Below the pieces are notes generated by a model. That model saw only the letters and a list, made by a program, of their open reading frames with translations. It did not search any database and was not told the origin of the DNA. From assembly GCA_022781445.1 (NCBI GenBank), contig JALETQ010000018.1:323-64322 (forward strand): DNA of 64,000 nucleotides, given 5' to 3'. Shown here piece after piece: positions 46,173 to 57,300 of the stretch. Made by a program: the position numbers and the translations under genes. Position 1 is the stretch's first letter, and each line of letters opens with the position of its first letter. Source of the DNA: Prevotella sp. (GTDB lineage Bacteria; Bacteroidota; Bacteroidia; Bacteroidales; Bacteroidaceae).

Positions 46173-47196
46173 ATAATAAGGATTTCATGGTCTGCATTTT
46201 TGCTGCCGTTTCTTCCCACTCCTGCTCCTCACGGCTGTCGTCGAGGAGTCCGCCGCCGGCATAAAGGCGGCACGAGTCAGCGAAGAGTTCCATGCAGCGC
46301 AACGAAACATACAAGGCCGTGGAATTTTCTACTTCGAGCGGACCGGTAAAGCCTGCATAATATCGACGGTCACTCTGCTCGTGGGTCAATATAAATTCTC
46401 TTGCCGGCTCTTTGGGCAGTCCGCAGACGGCAGGGGTGGGGTGAAGCGTTTCCAACAGGTCGCCGACGGGTGTGGCGGGAGAAAGGGTAAACCGGAAGTC
46501 GGATTGCAGGTGCTTCACACTGCCTGCCCTGACGGTGTGGGGGGGACTCTCGCGGATGTCGGTGGCGCGTTTTTGGAGTATGTCACGGATGAAAGCTGTC
46601 ACATACTGTTGTTCGCGGATGTTCTTCTCGGACCATTCCGAACATTGTCCGGCAGGCATCGTACCTGCCAGTGCCATGGTTTGCCAGTCGTGACCGTCCT
46701 GTCGCAGGAGTATCTCGGGTGTTGCCATCAGCCACGTGCCGCCCACGGGTGTTGCCACGAGTGCGACAAACTGCTGGGGATAGGCGCGGCAGGCTCGTTC
46801 GAAGAGTGCAAAGGGGTGTGTCGCATGAGTGTTGGGTATCGACATGGATCTCGACAGCACCAGCTTCTCGAACGTGTGGTCGGTGAGAGCATGGTGAAAC
46901 GTTTGGAAGTCGTCGGCATAGGATTGCCGTGAGGATTCGGGACGGTCGTTGTCGCGCAGGCAGACTTCGAGGTCGCGGGCGGCCATAGCCAGATCCTTTT
47001 CGGAGGGTGCCGGCCGGGGCGTTCCTTCAATGAGCAGCAGGGGGGTGGTACGGGTGATGTTGAAAGGGGCAAAGACAAAACCACGCTCACCGGTGAGGGT
47101 AGCGTAAGTATGGAGCGCACGAGGCGATCCTTCGTGTTGGCGGAGGAGGATGGGACTGTCTTTACCCGGCTCTCTATATAGCGCAAATCCCGACAT
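46165..47196 (-). CDS. menF: Isochorismate synthase
   Basis: Start at MSGFALYREPG (ATG 47196, overlapping the upstream stop as TGATG); 343 aa. The chorismate-binding C-terminus has HPTPAVCG, RRYYAG and YAGGGL. Confidence 0.8.
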   Translation of the reverse strand: MSGFALYREPGKDSPILLRQHEGSPRALHTYATLTGERGFVFAPFNITRTTPLLLIEGTPRPAPSEKDLAMAARDLEVCLRDNDRPESSRQSYADDFQTFHHALTDHTFEKLVLSRSMSIPNTHATHPFALFERACRAYPQQFVALVATPVGGTWLMATPEILLRQDGHDWQTMALAGTMPAGQCSEWSEKNIREQQYVTAFIRDILQKRATDIRESPPHTVRAGSVKHLQSDFRFTLSPATPVGDLLETLHPTPAVCGLPKEPAREFILTHEQSDRRYYAGFTGPLEVENSTALYVSLRCMELFADSCRLYAGGGLLDDSREEQEWEETAAKMQTMKSLLYV

Positions 47197-47615
47197 CAGT
47201 GTTCTTTCTTGGGCGTGACGATGTAATTCGTGACGTGGACGGTGGAGATGATGTCGCCTGCCGAGTCGGTGATGTCCACATTCCATACGTGGAGCTTTCG
47301 TCCCTTCTGTACCAGTTGGGCGACGGCTGTCACGGTGTCACCCTCGGCAACGGCTTTGACGTGGGAGCCGCTGACATTGATGCCTACACAAATTTTGGTG
47401 GGGCAGAGACAGGACGAGCCAACGCCTGCCAGGTTCTCTGCCAGTGCCAACGATGCTCCTCCGCTAAGAAAGCCGAAAGGCTGTCGGTTGCGTTCGTCGA
47501 CTTTCATGGTCGCCATGCACAAATCTTCATCGGGGGTGGAGATGAACTCCATTCCCAAGGCGGTGGAGAGGTTGGGCTGGCTTTCTATGATTTCTTTGAT
47601 TCTGTCTACATTCAT
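47196..47615 (-). CDS. PaaI/hotdog-fold thioesterase (probable 1,4-dihydroxy-2-naphthoyl-CoA hydrolase)
   Basis: 139 aa. ...NRQPFGFLSGGASLALAENLAGVGS... is the PaaI-type motif. First gene of the men operon. Confidence 0.75.
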   Translation of the reverse strand: MNVDRIKEIIESQPNLSTALGMEFISTPDEDLCMATMKVDERNRQPFGFLSGGASLALAENLAGVGSSCLCPTKICVGINVSGSHVKAVAEGDTVTAVAQLVQKGRKLHVWNVDITDSAGDIISTVHVTNYIVTPKKEH

Positions 47616-47977
47616 CGGTGGGTTCTCCTGTAATCAATAGGTTATGACGGTATGGCAAGGATTTCTTCCCGTCTTCGTAGGGGTGAATTGCGACAAGTCT
47701 GTCCGATGCCTCGGGCCGCATCTCATGTGACGGTTGGCAGGAACGGACTTGTAATTTGGTACAAAGGTACAACAAAGAAATGAAAAACGTATATCATTCT
47801 TCCTGCATCATCTGAATACGGACTATGGACAGCGACAGGAAAGCCCGGCGGAAGGGCTTTGCACACATACGTGAATTTGGCGCAGTCGCATCGGGAAGTT
47901 ATACCTGATACAATCGTTGTATCGTCATTCAATGGGAGAGAAACCGGAAAACCGGTACGCTTTACACAAAAAAAGAC

Positions 47978-47985
47978 TACCTTTG
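47978..47985 (+). promoter_or_regulatory. -7 box TACCTTTG upstream of the fumarase gene
   Basis: GACTACCTTTGCAAC lies about 115 nt before the ATG at 48100. Confidence 0.45.
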
Positions 47986-48099
47986 CAACATGATACGAGC
48001 CGAGACGTCCTCGACGGTCGTCCGAAAGGACTGCTGCAATGTTTCATCGTCGGCAACGTGAACGGTAAAGAAAAAACTATCATCAATCAATAAAACATT

Positions 48100-49749
48100 A
48101 TGGCTACAACACCGGAATTTAAGTATGCGCCCATGTTCCAAACCGGAAAGGACGACACGGAGTATTATTTGCTGACCAAAGAGGGTGTCAGCATGAGTGA
48201 GTTTGAGGGGAAACCCATCCTGAAGGTAACTCCCGAAGCCCTCACCCTGATGGCTCAAACCGCTTTCAGGGATGTCTCTTTCCTCTTGCGCCGTTCGCAC
48301 AACGAACAGGTTGCCAAGATTCTGAACGATCCCGAAGCCTCCGACAACGACAAATATGTGGCGCTGACCATGCTCCGCAACGCCGAAGTGGCTGCTGCCG
48401 GTCAGCTTCCTTTGTGCCAGGACACCGGAACCGCCATCATTCATGGCGAGAAAGGACAACGCGTCTGGACCGACTTCTGTGACGAAGAAGCTTTGTCGAG
48501 AGGCGTTTACAACACCTATACGCAAGAGAACCTGCGCTATTCGCAGAATGCCCCCCTCACCATGTATGACGAGGTGAACACCCGTTGCAACCTCCCGGCA
48601 CAGATAGACATCGAAGCCACCGAAGGAACGGAATATCATTTCCTCTGTGTGACCAAGGGCGGCGGCTCGGCCAACAAGAGCTATCTGTATCAGGAAACCA
48701 AGGCGCGCATCCAAAACCCGTCGACACTTGTGCCTTTCCTCGTTGAAAAGATGAAGACACTCGGCACGGCAGCCTGTCCTCCCTATCACATCGCTTTCGT
48801 TATCGGCGGTACGAGTGCAGAGCGCAATTTGCTGACAGTCAAGTTGGCTTCCACACACTTCTACGACAACCTGCCTACCACCGGCGATGAAACCGGAAGG
48901 GCATTCAGAGACATCGGACTCGAGGAGACACTGCTCGACGAGGCTCACAGGATAGGCCTCGGGGCCCAGTTCGGCGGAAAGTACATCGCCCACGACATCC
49001 GCGTCGTGCGCCTGCCGCGTCATGGTGCCTCGTGCCCCATCGGCATGGGTGTGAGTTGCTCGGCGGACCGCAACATCAAAGCCAAGATCAATCAGGACGG
49101 TATCTGGATAGAGAAGATGGACGACCACCCCGGCGACCTCATTCCCGAGGCCTATCGCAACCAAGGTGAAGGCGACGCGGTACGCATCGACCTCAACCAG
49201 CCCATGAGCGAAGTGTGCCGCATCTTGTCGCAATATCCCGTCAGCACGAGAGTGAGTCTCAACGGTACCATCATCGTGGCACGCGACATCGCCCATGCCA
49301 GGCTCAAGGCCCGGCTGGACAATGGCGAGGGACTTCCCGAATATTTCAAGAACCATCCCGTACTCTATGCCGGGCCGGCAAAGACTCCTGAAGGAATGCC
49401 GTGCGGCTCGATGGGACCCACGACGGCACAGCGTATGGACCCGTATGTCGACGAGTTCCAAGCCAACGGCGGATCTATGGTGATGATTGCCAAGGGTAAC
49501 CGAACCCAACAGGTGACCGATGCCTGCAAGAAACACGGCGGCTTCTATCTCGGATCTATCGGCGGACCGGCGGCCGTACTCGCCATGAACAACATCAAGT
49601 CCATCGAATGTGTGGAATATCCCGAGCTGGGAATGGAAGCCGTATGGAAGATTGACGTGGTTGACTTCCCGGCATTCATCCTCGTCGACGACAAAGGAAA
49701 CGATTTTTTCCAACAGCTCAAGCCTTGGTGCCCGGGGTGTAAAGCATAA
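48100..49749 (+). CDS. fumB: Class I (Fe-S) fumarate hydratase
   Basis: 549 aa. CQDTGTAI, an N-terminal catalytic domain and a C-terminal beta domain ([13 protein letters not shown]) are typical of single-chain class I fumarases. The 648-aa antisense ORF is a shadow ORF. Confidence 0.9.
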   Translation: MATTPEFKYAPMFQTGKDDTEYYLLTKEGVSMSEFEGKPILKVTPEALTLMAQTAFRDVSFLLRRSHNEQVAKILNDPEASDNDKYVALTMLRNAEVAAAGQLPLCQDTGTAIIHGEKGQRVWTDFCDEEALSRGVYNTYTQENLRYSQNAPLTMYDEVNTRCNLPAQIDIEATEGTEYHFLCVTKGGGSANKSYLYQETKARIQNPSTLVPFLVEKMKTLGTAACPPYHIAFVIGGTSAERNLLTVKLASTHFYDNLPTTGDETGRAFRDIGLEETLLDEAHRIGLGAQFGGKYIAHDIRVVRLPRHGASCPIGMGVSCSADRNIKAKINQDGIWIEKMDDHPGDLIPEAYRNQGEGDAVRIDLNQPMSEVCRILSQYPVSTRVSLNGTIIVARDIAHARLKARLDNGEGLPEYFKNHPVLYAGPAKTPEGMPCGSMGPTTAQRMDPYVDEFQANGGSMVMIAKGNRTQQVTDACKKHGGFYLGSIGGPAAVLAMNNIKSIECVEYPELGMEAVWKIDVVDFPAFILVDDKGNDFFQQLKPWCPGCKA

Positions 49750-49785
49750 GATGAAGCGTCGCCGCAAGACGTGCGGTACATCGAC

Positions 49786-49862
49786 AAGGTTGTCGCCAAA
49801 GACAAATGCCTTCTTCCTGCCTGTCAGGCGGAGGATCGTTGTCTCCGGCGACAACCTTTTTT
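49786..49862 (+). terminator. Candidate fumB terminator (long-loop hairpin plus T-run)
   Basis: AAGGTTGTCGCC (49786..49797) pairs with GGCGACAACCTT (49847..49858), followed by TTTTTTG. Confidence 0.5.
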
Positions 49863-50163
49863 GTGCCATGACGGCTTGCCGATACTGTCTTCGGATTCTG
49901 GCAAGCCGGGCATGTCGGAACACAGGTCTTGCAATAAGGACACGGACTGCAAGGTGGTTCGTGCCTTCCGTCCGGTTTCGTTCGGCCGCTTTGGGATGGA
50001 CCCGGAACTACTTGAAGGAGTTGAAGGATGTGGCGTTTACCCGCAGCGCGGAGAACGGCGGCATGAGGACAATCGACATCAGGCAAGGCGGCAAGACGCC
50101 GGGCGACATCCGGATCATCGCCGGATCCCCGCACCGGGGCGACATCGGCCGCCGACAAGACCA

Positions 50164-50234
50164 CACTTGTGGGGTATGTCCGTACCCACAAGTGCCCCCT
50201 TGCGATACCCCACTCGCGGGGTATCGCAAGGGGG
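50164..50234. other. Two abutting strong hairpins sharing a GGGGTAT/ATACCCC core
   Basis: Hairpin 1 is CACTTGTGGGGTA / TACCCACAAGTG (50164..50194, one bulge). Hairpin 2 is a perfect 17-bp stem CCCCCTTGCGATACCCC (50195..50211) with GGGGTATCGCAAGGGGG (50218..50234). Confidence 0.7.
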
Positions 50235-50442
50235 TATCAGACAACAAGAACGGTAACCCGTCAGGTGACAGAAAAGAGGATGGAATTTGAAGTGAAACCA
50301 AGGGTGACGGACATCGGCAGGCCCTCTTCCGCGCGCCGGCGAAGAGTAGACGGCTCACCGGCAAGATGGCGGTGGATCGCATCGTGCGCGAGACTCCGCT
50401 CCCGGCCGGTTGCCTGAATGTACGGCCGGCCATCCCGGCCGT

Positions 50443-51321
50443 TCAGATGTCGTAGTCGAAGGTCGTGGTATTCCAGTCGCCGCTCTCAAAGCCTTTTTTG
50501 AGCCAGTACATACGTTGTTCGGAAGTGCCGTGTGTGAATGTTTCGGGATTGGCATGGCCTTGTGCCTGTTTCTGCAGGTAGTCGTCGCCTATCTTCCTGG
50601 CGGCATCGATGGCCTCGCGCAGGTCGGCATCGGTAAGACTCCTGTACTTCTCGTTTTCGTAGTGTGCCCAGCAGCCGGCGTAGTAGTCGGCCAGCAGCTC
50701 GAGTTGGACGCTTATCTTGTTTGCCTCCTCCCGGCTTGTCCGGTTCATGGCCGCGTGTGCCTTGCCGAGTATGCCGCGTAGATTTTCCACATGATGGCCC
50801 ACCTCATGGGCGATGACATAGGCATAGGCAAACGAATTCCTGTCGTTGATGTCGATGCCTAACTTGTTCTTCATGTCGGCAAAGAAACTGAGGTCAAGGT
50901 ATAATTTCTGATCGGCACTGCAATAGAACGGCCCCATCTGTGAAGATCCTGCTCCGCAAGCCGTCGACACGGAACCTGTGAAAAGTACCATTGTGGGATA
51001 TTCGTAGTTGAGTCCGTTTTGGCTGAACTGGCTTGTCCACACCTCTTCAAGACTTCCGAGGACCTGTTTCGAGAACGTGGCTGCCTCTTCTTCGTCGGCC
51101 GTGAAGGTGTGATGGCCGTTGCCGGCCTGCTCGGATACCTGCCCTTGCAGTTGCTGTTGGAATACATTTCCTACCACATCCGACAGGCTTCCGCCCTGTG
51201 CCAACGTGATGAGTGCAACAATAATAATCGCTCCCAGTCCGCCCATTCCGGCTTTGGCTCCTCCGCCCATGCCGCGGCGATCCTCTACGTGGTTACTCTC
51301 TCTGCGTCCGTTCAGTTTCAT
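50443..51321 (-). CDS. ypfJ: YpfJ-family neutral zinc metallopeptidase
   Basis: 292 aa. N-terminus MKLNGRRESNHVEDRRGMGGG, one TM segment, and a HEVGHH zinc motif. Confidence 0.8.
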   Translation of the reverse strand: MKLNGRRESNHVEDRRGMGGGAKAGMGGLGAIIIVALITLAQGGSLSDVVGNVFQQQLQGQVSEQAGNGHHTFTADEEEAATFSKQVLGSLEEVWTSQFSQNGLNYEYPTMVLFTGSVSTACGAGSSQMGPFYCSADQKLYLDLSFFADMKNKLGIDINDRNSFAYAYVIAHEVGHHVENLRGILGKAHAAMNRTSREEANKISVQLELLADYYAGCWAHYENEKYRSLTDADLREAIDAARKIGDDYLQKQAQGHANPETFTHGTSEQRMYWLKKGFESGDWNTTTFDYDI

Positions 51322-51669
51322 ATACTAATGTTTTTGGTTTCTGTTCTCTGTTGGTTTCCCGGCCGGATGAATGTATGAGTATGCCAGAAGTCGCACATTC
51401 CGTAAAGTCCGGGCTTGGGTTCAACCGTCAATGTCAGGGACAAAGGTGGGAAAAATCATTGGTATCTGCAAGCAATTTGCAGGAAATCAAATCGGGATGA
51501 AGATAAAAAGACATGACATCGTGTTGCACTTCACCACTCATCGTTCGTCATTTTCCGATTCGGCATTCTCTTGTCGGTTACTTTTTGCAGCAGGTTGGGC
51601 GATCATTTGTCATGATGTCCGAACCCAACTGTAGCGGGACTTCATCATTTACATCCGTCGAAGGTGGGG

Positions 51670-52992
51670 TTATTCCCTGTCATCGGTTTCCGAAGGTTGG
51701 GTGGTGATACCGAAGGAGGAAGGGATATTGAGGAAAAGCGTCACGAGGAAAACAGCGGGTGTGGTAGCCATCACAACGAGATAGAAGGTGCGATAGCCGA
51801 AATTGTCGATCAGGAAGCCAGAGCAGATGCCCGACAGCCACAGCGAGAATGACATCAGTGCCACTGCGATGCCGTAGTGGGCCGCCGCTCTGTCGCCTCT
51901 TGCATGATATACCATGAACATGAGGCAGGCAGCCATGCCGATTCCCACGCCGCCTTGCTCGATCAACAGGCACAGCGATACCGGCAGCAAACTGTCGGGC
52001 ATCGTGTAGGCAAGGTACAGAAGGGCTGCCTTGGGAAGGGTGAAGAGGGCAAGCATGGGCAGCATGAGGCGTTTGAGACCGTATCGGCCGATGAGCAGAT
52101 TGCCCGCCAGTCCGCCTACAACCATGGCCAACACGCCGACGGTGCCTTGTGCAAAGCCGAACTCTTGTGGTGAAAGTCCCAGTCCTCCGATGCTGGTCTT
52201 GTCGATGAGGAACAGCGGAGTCACCCTTGCCGTCATGCCTTCGGTGAGCATACAGACCGCCATGAACGCCACGGCCACCTTGGCATGGGGCTTACGCAAG
52301 AAAGTATTGAGGTTGGCTCTGAACATTCGCCGCAAACGTGCCGACGAGATTTCTCCCAAACGTAGCGGATGGTCGTCGGGACGGGGCAGGAACAGGGCGT
52401 TGAAGAAGAAGAGCAGGGCCATCACGGCTGCCACCGTCCATACCACCATGCTCCATGAAGAGGCCACGCTGCGCGTCAGCACCTCGAGGTTGCCGGCTAC
52501 CATGACGAATATGCCCTGCACCCACACGAAGGTGATCCGGTAGAAAAACCGTCGCACGGAAATCATCGGGATGGATCGGTCGCTCCCGATGCCCAAGTGA
52601 TAGAATCCGTCGACGGCGGTGTCGTGGGTCGAAGCGGCGATGGCCAGCAGCCAGAAGAAGGCGGTGATGGTGTTCAGACCCATACGCGTCTCGACGGCAC
52701 GTGCCACCCCCATGACGGCAATCACTATCAGGGCTTCAGACAGGAGAATCCAGAAGCGGCGCGTGCGATACAGGTCGATATAGGGACGCCACAGCGGCTT
52801 GACGATCCAAGGCAGGAGAAAGAAGGACGTTTGCCAAACGATGGCGGCATTGTCCATGCTCAAACGCTTGTAGATGAACATCGACAAGGTCATCAGCACC
52901 GCGAAAGGCATGCCCTTGGCGGTATAGAGCAACGGAAGCCATGTCCAAGGGTTCCGGTGTGTCGGGCGTGATGTGCGGAGGTGTTTGAGCAT
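51670..52992 (-). CDS. AmpG-family MFS transporter (paralog 2)
   Basis: Start taken at MLKHLRTSRPTHRNPWTWLPLLYTAKGMPF (ATG 52992); 440 aa, about 12-14 TM helices. The longer track ORF (to 53292) overlaps the upstream gene. Confidence 0.8.
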   Translation of the reverse strand: MLKHLRTSRPTHRNPWTWLPLLYTAKGMPFAVLMTLSMFIYKRLSMDNAAIVWQTSFFLLPWIVKPLWRPYIDLYRTRRFWILLSEALIVIAVMGVARAVETRMGLNTITAFFWLLAIAASTHDTAVDGFYHLGIGSDRSIPMISVRRFFYRITFVWVQGIFVMVAGNLEVLTRSVASSWSMVVWTVAAVMALLFFFNALFLPRPDDHPLRLGEISSARLRRMFRANLNTFLRKPHAKVAVAFMAVCMLTEGMTARVTPLFLIDKTSIGGLGLSPQEFGFAQGTVGVLAMVVGGLAGNLLIGRYGLKRLMLPMLALFTLPKAALLYLAYTMPDSLLPVSLCLLIEQGGVGIGMAACLMFMVYHARGDRAAAHYGIAVALMSFSLWLSGICSGFLIDNFGYRTFYLVVMATTPAVFLVTLFLNIPSSFGITTQPSETDDRE

Positions 52993-53006
52993 AGGTAGTC
53001 GGTTCG

Positions 53007-54332
53007 TTATCCTTGCGCGTCTTTCTTGCCGAAGTCGGCATCGATGTGTATGAAGTGGGTCACGGCAAAGGTGATGAGGCACAAGAACATCACCATGATG
53101 AAGAACGAACGGTAGCCCATCGCGTCTTTCAGAAAGCCCGACAACATGCCCGGCAGCATCAGTCCCAAGTAGGTGATGCCGGTACAGATGGCGTAGTGCG
53201 AGGTTTTGAACATGCCGCGGCTGAAGTAGAGCATGTAGAGCGTGAGGGCGGTGAAGCCGAGTCCGTAGCCGAATTGTTCGATGAAGAGGCACGAACTGAT
53301 GACCCAGAGGTTGGTGGGCAGTTCAAAACTCATGTACACGTAAACGATATCGGGCAGGGTGATGGCCCACACCATCGGCCAAAGCCATCGCTTGAGCCCG
53401 TCGCGACCGGCAAGCATACCGCCCGCGATGCCTCCGAGCAGCAGCCCGATGAGACCCACCGTGCCGTTGGCAAGTCCGTATTGGGCTGTCGTGAGCCCCA
53501 ATCCTCCTTCCTCGTTGGGACGCAACAGGAAGGTTTCGGTCATTTTCGACAACATCGCCTCGGGAAAACGATAGAGGAGCATGAACGCCAAGGCAAAGAA
53601 CATCTGTTTGGCAGGCAGCTTGCGGAAAAAGGTGGAGAACATTTCGAGGATGCCTTCCATCACCTCGCGTGCATTCTTGTCGGTCCTTCCGTCGGCAGGA
53701 TGCGGCATGGCGACACCGTGGAAGAGCCATAGGGTAATGAACACGGCAGCAAGTCCGTAGAAAACGAGGCTCCATGCAAACGCCTTGTCGTTGCCCCACC
53801 ACGTGGCAAACAGCCCTGCCACGGGTACAAGCAGTCCTTTTCCGATGATGACGGCAATGCGATAGAATGTGTTGCGGATGCCTACGAACCATGCCTGGTC
53901 GTGGGCCGACAGTTCGATCATGTAGAACCCGTCGGCGGCAATGTCGTGGGTGGCACTGCTGAACGCCATGAGGAAGAAGAAGAACATCGTGCCTTGAAAC
54001 CACCAGTCGGTTTGCAACGTGAATGCCACACCCGCCAATGACGAGCCGAGCAGCACCTGCATGGCAAGCACCCACCATCGTTTGGTCTTGCACAAATCCA
54101 CAAAGGGACTCCAAAAGGGCTTGATGACCCACGGCAGTCCCAGCCATGCGGTATAATATCCGATTTCGGTGTCGGTGAGTCCGAGCTGCATATACATCAC
54201 CACGGCGACAGTCATCACCAACACATTGGGCAGTCCTTCGGCAAAATAGAGAGTTGGTATCCATGCCCAAGGATTTCGGCTTTGCTTCTTATGGTTATCG
54301 GTAGCGTTCATTCTTGATGGGTTTGGCTTCAT
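53007..54332 (-). CDS. AmpG-family MFS transporter (paralog 1)
   Basis: 441 aa. ...RNPWAWIPTLYFAEGLPNVLVMTV...LPWVIKPFWSPFVD... is AmpG/muropeptide-permease-like. About 40% identical by eye to the downstream paralog. Confidence 0.8.
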   Translation of the reverse strand: MKPNPSRMNATDNHKKQSRNPWAWIPTLYFAEGLPNVLVMTVAVVMYMQLGLTDTEIGYYTAWLGLPWVIKPFWSPFVDLCKTKRWWVLAMQVLLGSSLAGVAFTLQTDWWFQGTMFFFFLMAFSSATHDIAADGFYMIELSAHDQAWFVGIRNTFYRIAVIIGKGLLVPVAGLFATWWGNDKAFAWSLVFYGLAAVFITLWLFHGVAMPHPADGRTDKNAREVMEGILEMFSTFFRKLPAKQMFFALAFMLLYRFPEAMLSKMTETFLLRPNEEGGLGLTTAQYGLANGTVGLIGLLLGGIAGGMLAGRDGLKRWLWPMVWAITLPDIVYVYMSFELPTNLWVISSCLFIEQFGYGLGFTALTLYMLYFSRGMFKTSHYAICTGITYLGLMLPGMLSGFLKDAMGYRSFFIMVMFLCLITFAVTHFIHIDADFGKKDAQG

Positions 54333-54381
54333 TCTTTATCTGTCATATTTCATTCGGGAAGTTTCGTCGGTCACCGGCCGG

Positions 54382-57300
54382 TCATTGGTAGGCTTGCCTG
54401 ATGTCGGCATGGCGGTAGTAATGCAGGAGGATGTCGCGATAGGCATATCCTTGTTCGCCCATCACGGCGGCACCGATTTGGCATAGCCCCACGCCATGTC
54501 CCCATCCGGCACCATAGAGACGGAAATGCTGCGGCACACCGTCAACGATGTCGGACTTCTCGGTATCGAAAGCCGAACTGTAGAGATGGCTCTCGCTCAG
54601 GACGCGTCTTATCTCGAGTTCTTTGCCGATGGTGAACGTGCGCTTCGTTCCCACAATCCTGAGTCGGGATATGCGACCGCTCCTGCCTCGCTCTTCTGCC
54701 ACGAGGTCAAGGATGTCACCGAAGTCCATTTTCATTTTCCTGCCGATGAGTTCTGTCAGCTCTGCCTGTGTGTAGTCCACTGTCCAGCGGTAAAAGTCGG
54801 GCGTCTCTTGATCGTAGTCGTTGAGTACCTGTTGCAGAACGTGCCGGTCGGCAGTGTTGCAGAAGGCATCTGGCGCGGAGCGCACCCATCGTTGCCAATC
54901 GTGGGGATTCTCTCCTTCCTCGCCGGCCACATCTCTCAGTGCCACAAGATAGGGTTTGGGCTTGTTTTCCCAGCAGAACTGAAACTCTTCGGTCATGCCA
55001 CCACAGCATTTGCTGTAGCGTGCATCGCATATTTCATCGCCATAAACCAATATCTGACCTCTTGTTTGTTTCACGGCATCGACCACATGGGTGTTGGCCG
55101 CCTTGGTGATTCCCTGATAGCGTTGGCAATGATCGTCGGCACAGACATCAAAGATGCCGTGGTCTTCGCGGTCGTACCAGCGGATGAAAGTATCTTCCGA
55201 CTTAATGAAGGAGAAGAAATTGTTTTCACCTTCGGCATTCATTCGCCGCTTGGCAAGTTGGGCCAGCAGCCAGCTGCGCGACACTACGGCATGGGCTTTG
55301 AGTAGCTCGGGCGATGACGTGGCATTCATTTCGCTGGAGATGACGCTCATGAGATAACGCTCCACGGGCAGCCGGTTGATGGCACATATCTTGCCTTCGT
55401 AGACCACGAGCGACAAGATGCCGTTGAATGTCTGGGTCTCTTGTCGTTCCCAGTGGAAGTTCACGCCGATGGTTACTTCGCGAAGTGAGAAGGATGCCTC
55501 GCCGGACAGTGGCTCAAAGTTGAGTTCGGAATAGATGTTCCCGTTCCAAAGGATGCCTCCTTCTGCCAGTTCTACCTTTTGCTCGCCCTCTGCCACCTCG
55601 CCTTTGGCACGGTAGGGACTGTTGAGATCGAAGACCAACTGTTCACCGCTCACGATGCCTACGCTTACGGTGGGTTCGGTTTTGGGCAGCGATGATGTCA
55701 GCGCACAAGTGCGTTCGTCGGCTTTTGCTCTGATGCGTGCGGTCAGATTCTCCACATCTTCCCATGATAAGGATACCTCTTGCAGGATGTCGCCGGCCTT
55801 GTCATCGATGCGATCGAAGTCGGTTTGGCGTGGTGTGATGAGTAATCCGCCCATGTCGATGGCACCGGGACTGACCATCAGACGCCGGTCTTCGGGTACT
55901 CCGTAGCAGTCGGGACGGTGCTTGCGACGCGGAAATACCACCACGAGATCTTCGTCGTTTTCGTGCCATCCGATGAGATTGATCATCGGCTCGGTGTCGC
56001 CTTCTGCCACATCGAGCGACCGATGCAGGTATGTGAGCAGCCGGGCACCTATTTCTTTGTGTCTGCTCTTGATGACAAATGCCGGACATACATAACCGTG
56101 GATAAGGAAAATGCCTTCGCGGTCGTTGACCGTCAGCACCGTTTCGAGGTTGCGGCTCAGTCTTTTCCAACTCTTCTGGATGGGCAATATGCCACTTGTG
56201 CCGAGCTGGAAATGAAGATGGTCGGGTGCCGAAGCTCCGCAGCGCGGGCCGTTGTAGAACACCATGCGTTGACGATACTGTCGCAGTAACCTGTAGAACG
56301 CACGTTCGTTACCCTCGATTTGTTGTGGACGATGCTCGTCATGGGCGATGGTGAAGTGCATGGGCAGAATGGGGAAGGGATTGACCAGCAATTGCCAATG
56401 ATGCTCCACCCGACGGAATGTTTGGCACTCCGGACGGTTGGCTTGGCAGAGGAAGCACGGTCGTTTTGCCACACTGCCCGGGTCAATCTTGGCAGTGGTC
56501 GAGGCGATGCGTCCCTCATTGTATTGTACCATGAGCTCGGTTTCGCCCGCATGAACGGTTTTTGTCTTCACGTCGGCAAGTCGGCGATAGTTGTCGGCAG
56601 CATCTTTCCAACTTGACAGCTGATGGTGGAAGAAGCGCAAAATACTCTCATCGGCCTCATCCGGCACATCATCGGATGTCACTTGTTGGCGAACTGCAAT
56701 TTCGATGGTTCGCAAGCGGTCTTTATACAGATTGTTGGCATTGATCTTTTCGACGCTCAGCGCGGCATCGCTGTTGCCTTCCCATCTACGGCATAGATAC
56801 AGTTCGTCGTAGATGCGTCCGATCTTGTATCGACGACTGAACGCCAGACCGGCGGCATAGTCCTCACCGTAGCTCGTGTTGGGAAGGGGCATGGCACGCA
56901 GCAACGGAGTATAGAAAGCCCGAGGAGCTCCAAGCCCGTTGATGCGGAGGGCATTGTTGGCTCCATTGTCGGTAGTCCATTCGCGGTGGTCGATGATGCC
57001 GGGAGGCAGTGTTTGCAAACTGAAGTCGCACATCCGGTAGGAGCCGATGACCATCGCAGCCCTTTCCTGACGGAAGCAATCTACGATATGTTGCAGGGTT
57101 AAAGGCGAAGAATAGAGGTCATCGCTATCGAGTTGAACAGCGAAGCGTCCGCATCGGTCATCTTCGACGGCTGTATTCCAGCATCCACCGATACCGAGGT
57201 CGCGACGTTGGGGGATGATATGGATGAGTTTTCCCTTCGTGGCGGGGTCGCTGTCAAGGCGCGCTTTCATCTCGTTTAGTACCTCGGTGGTACCATCGGT

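Noticed and set aside
47977-49923. 648-aa ORF on the minus strand, the longest ORF in that region
   Set aside because: It lies exactly antisense to the well-supported class I fumarase gene. The sequence is Arg/Gly/His-rich with no recognisable motifs. It is a typical shadow ORF of GC-rich coding DNA.
52993-53292. 100-codon N-terminal extension of the second AmpG-like ORF
   Set aside because: It overlaps the upstream AmpG paralog in another frame and is Arg/His-rich. The internal Met aligns with the N-terminus of the paralog (RNPW.W motif).
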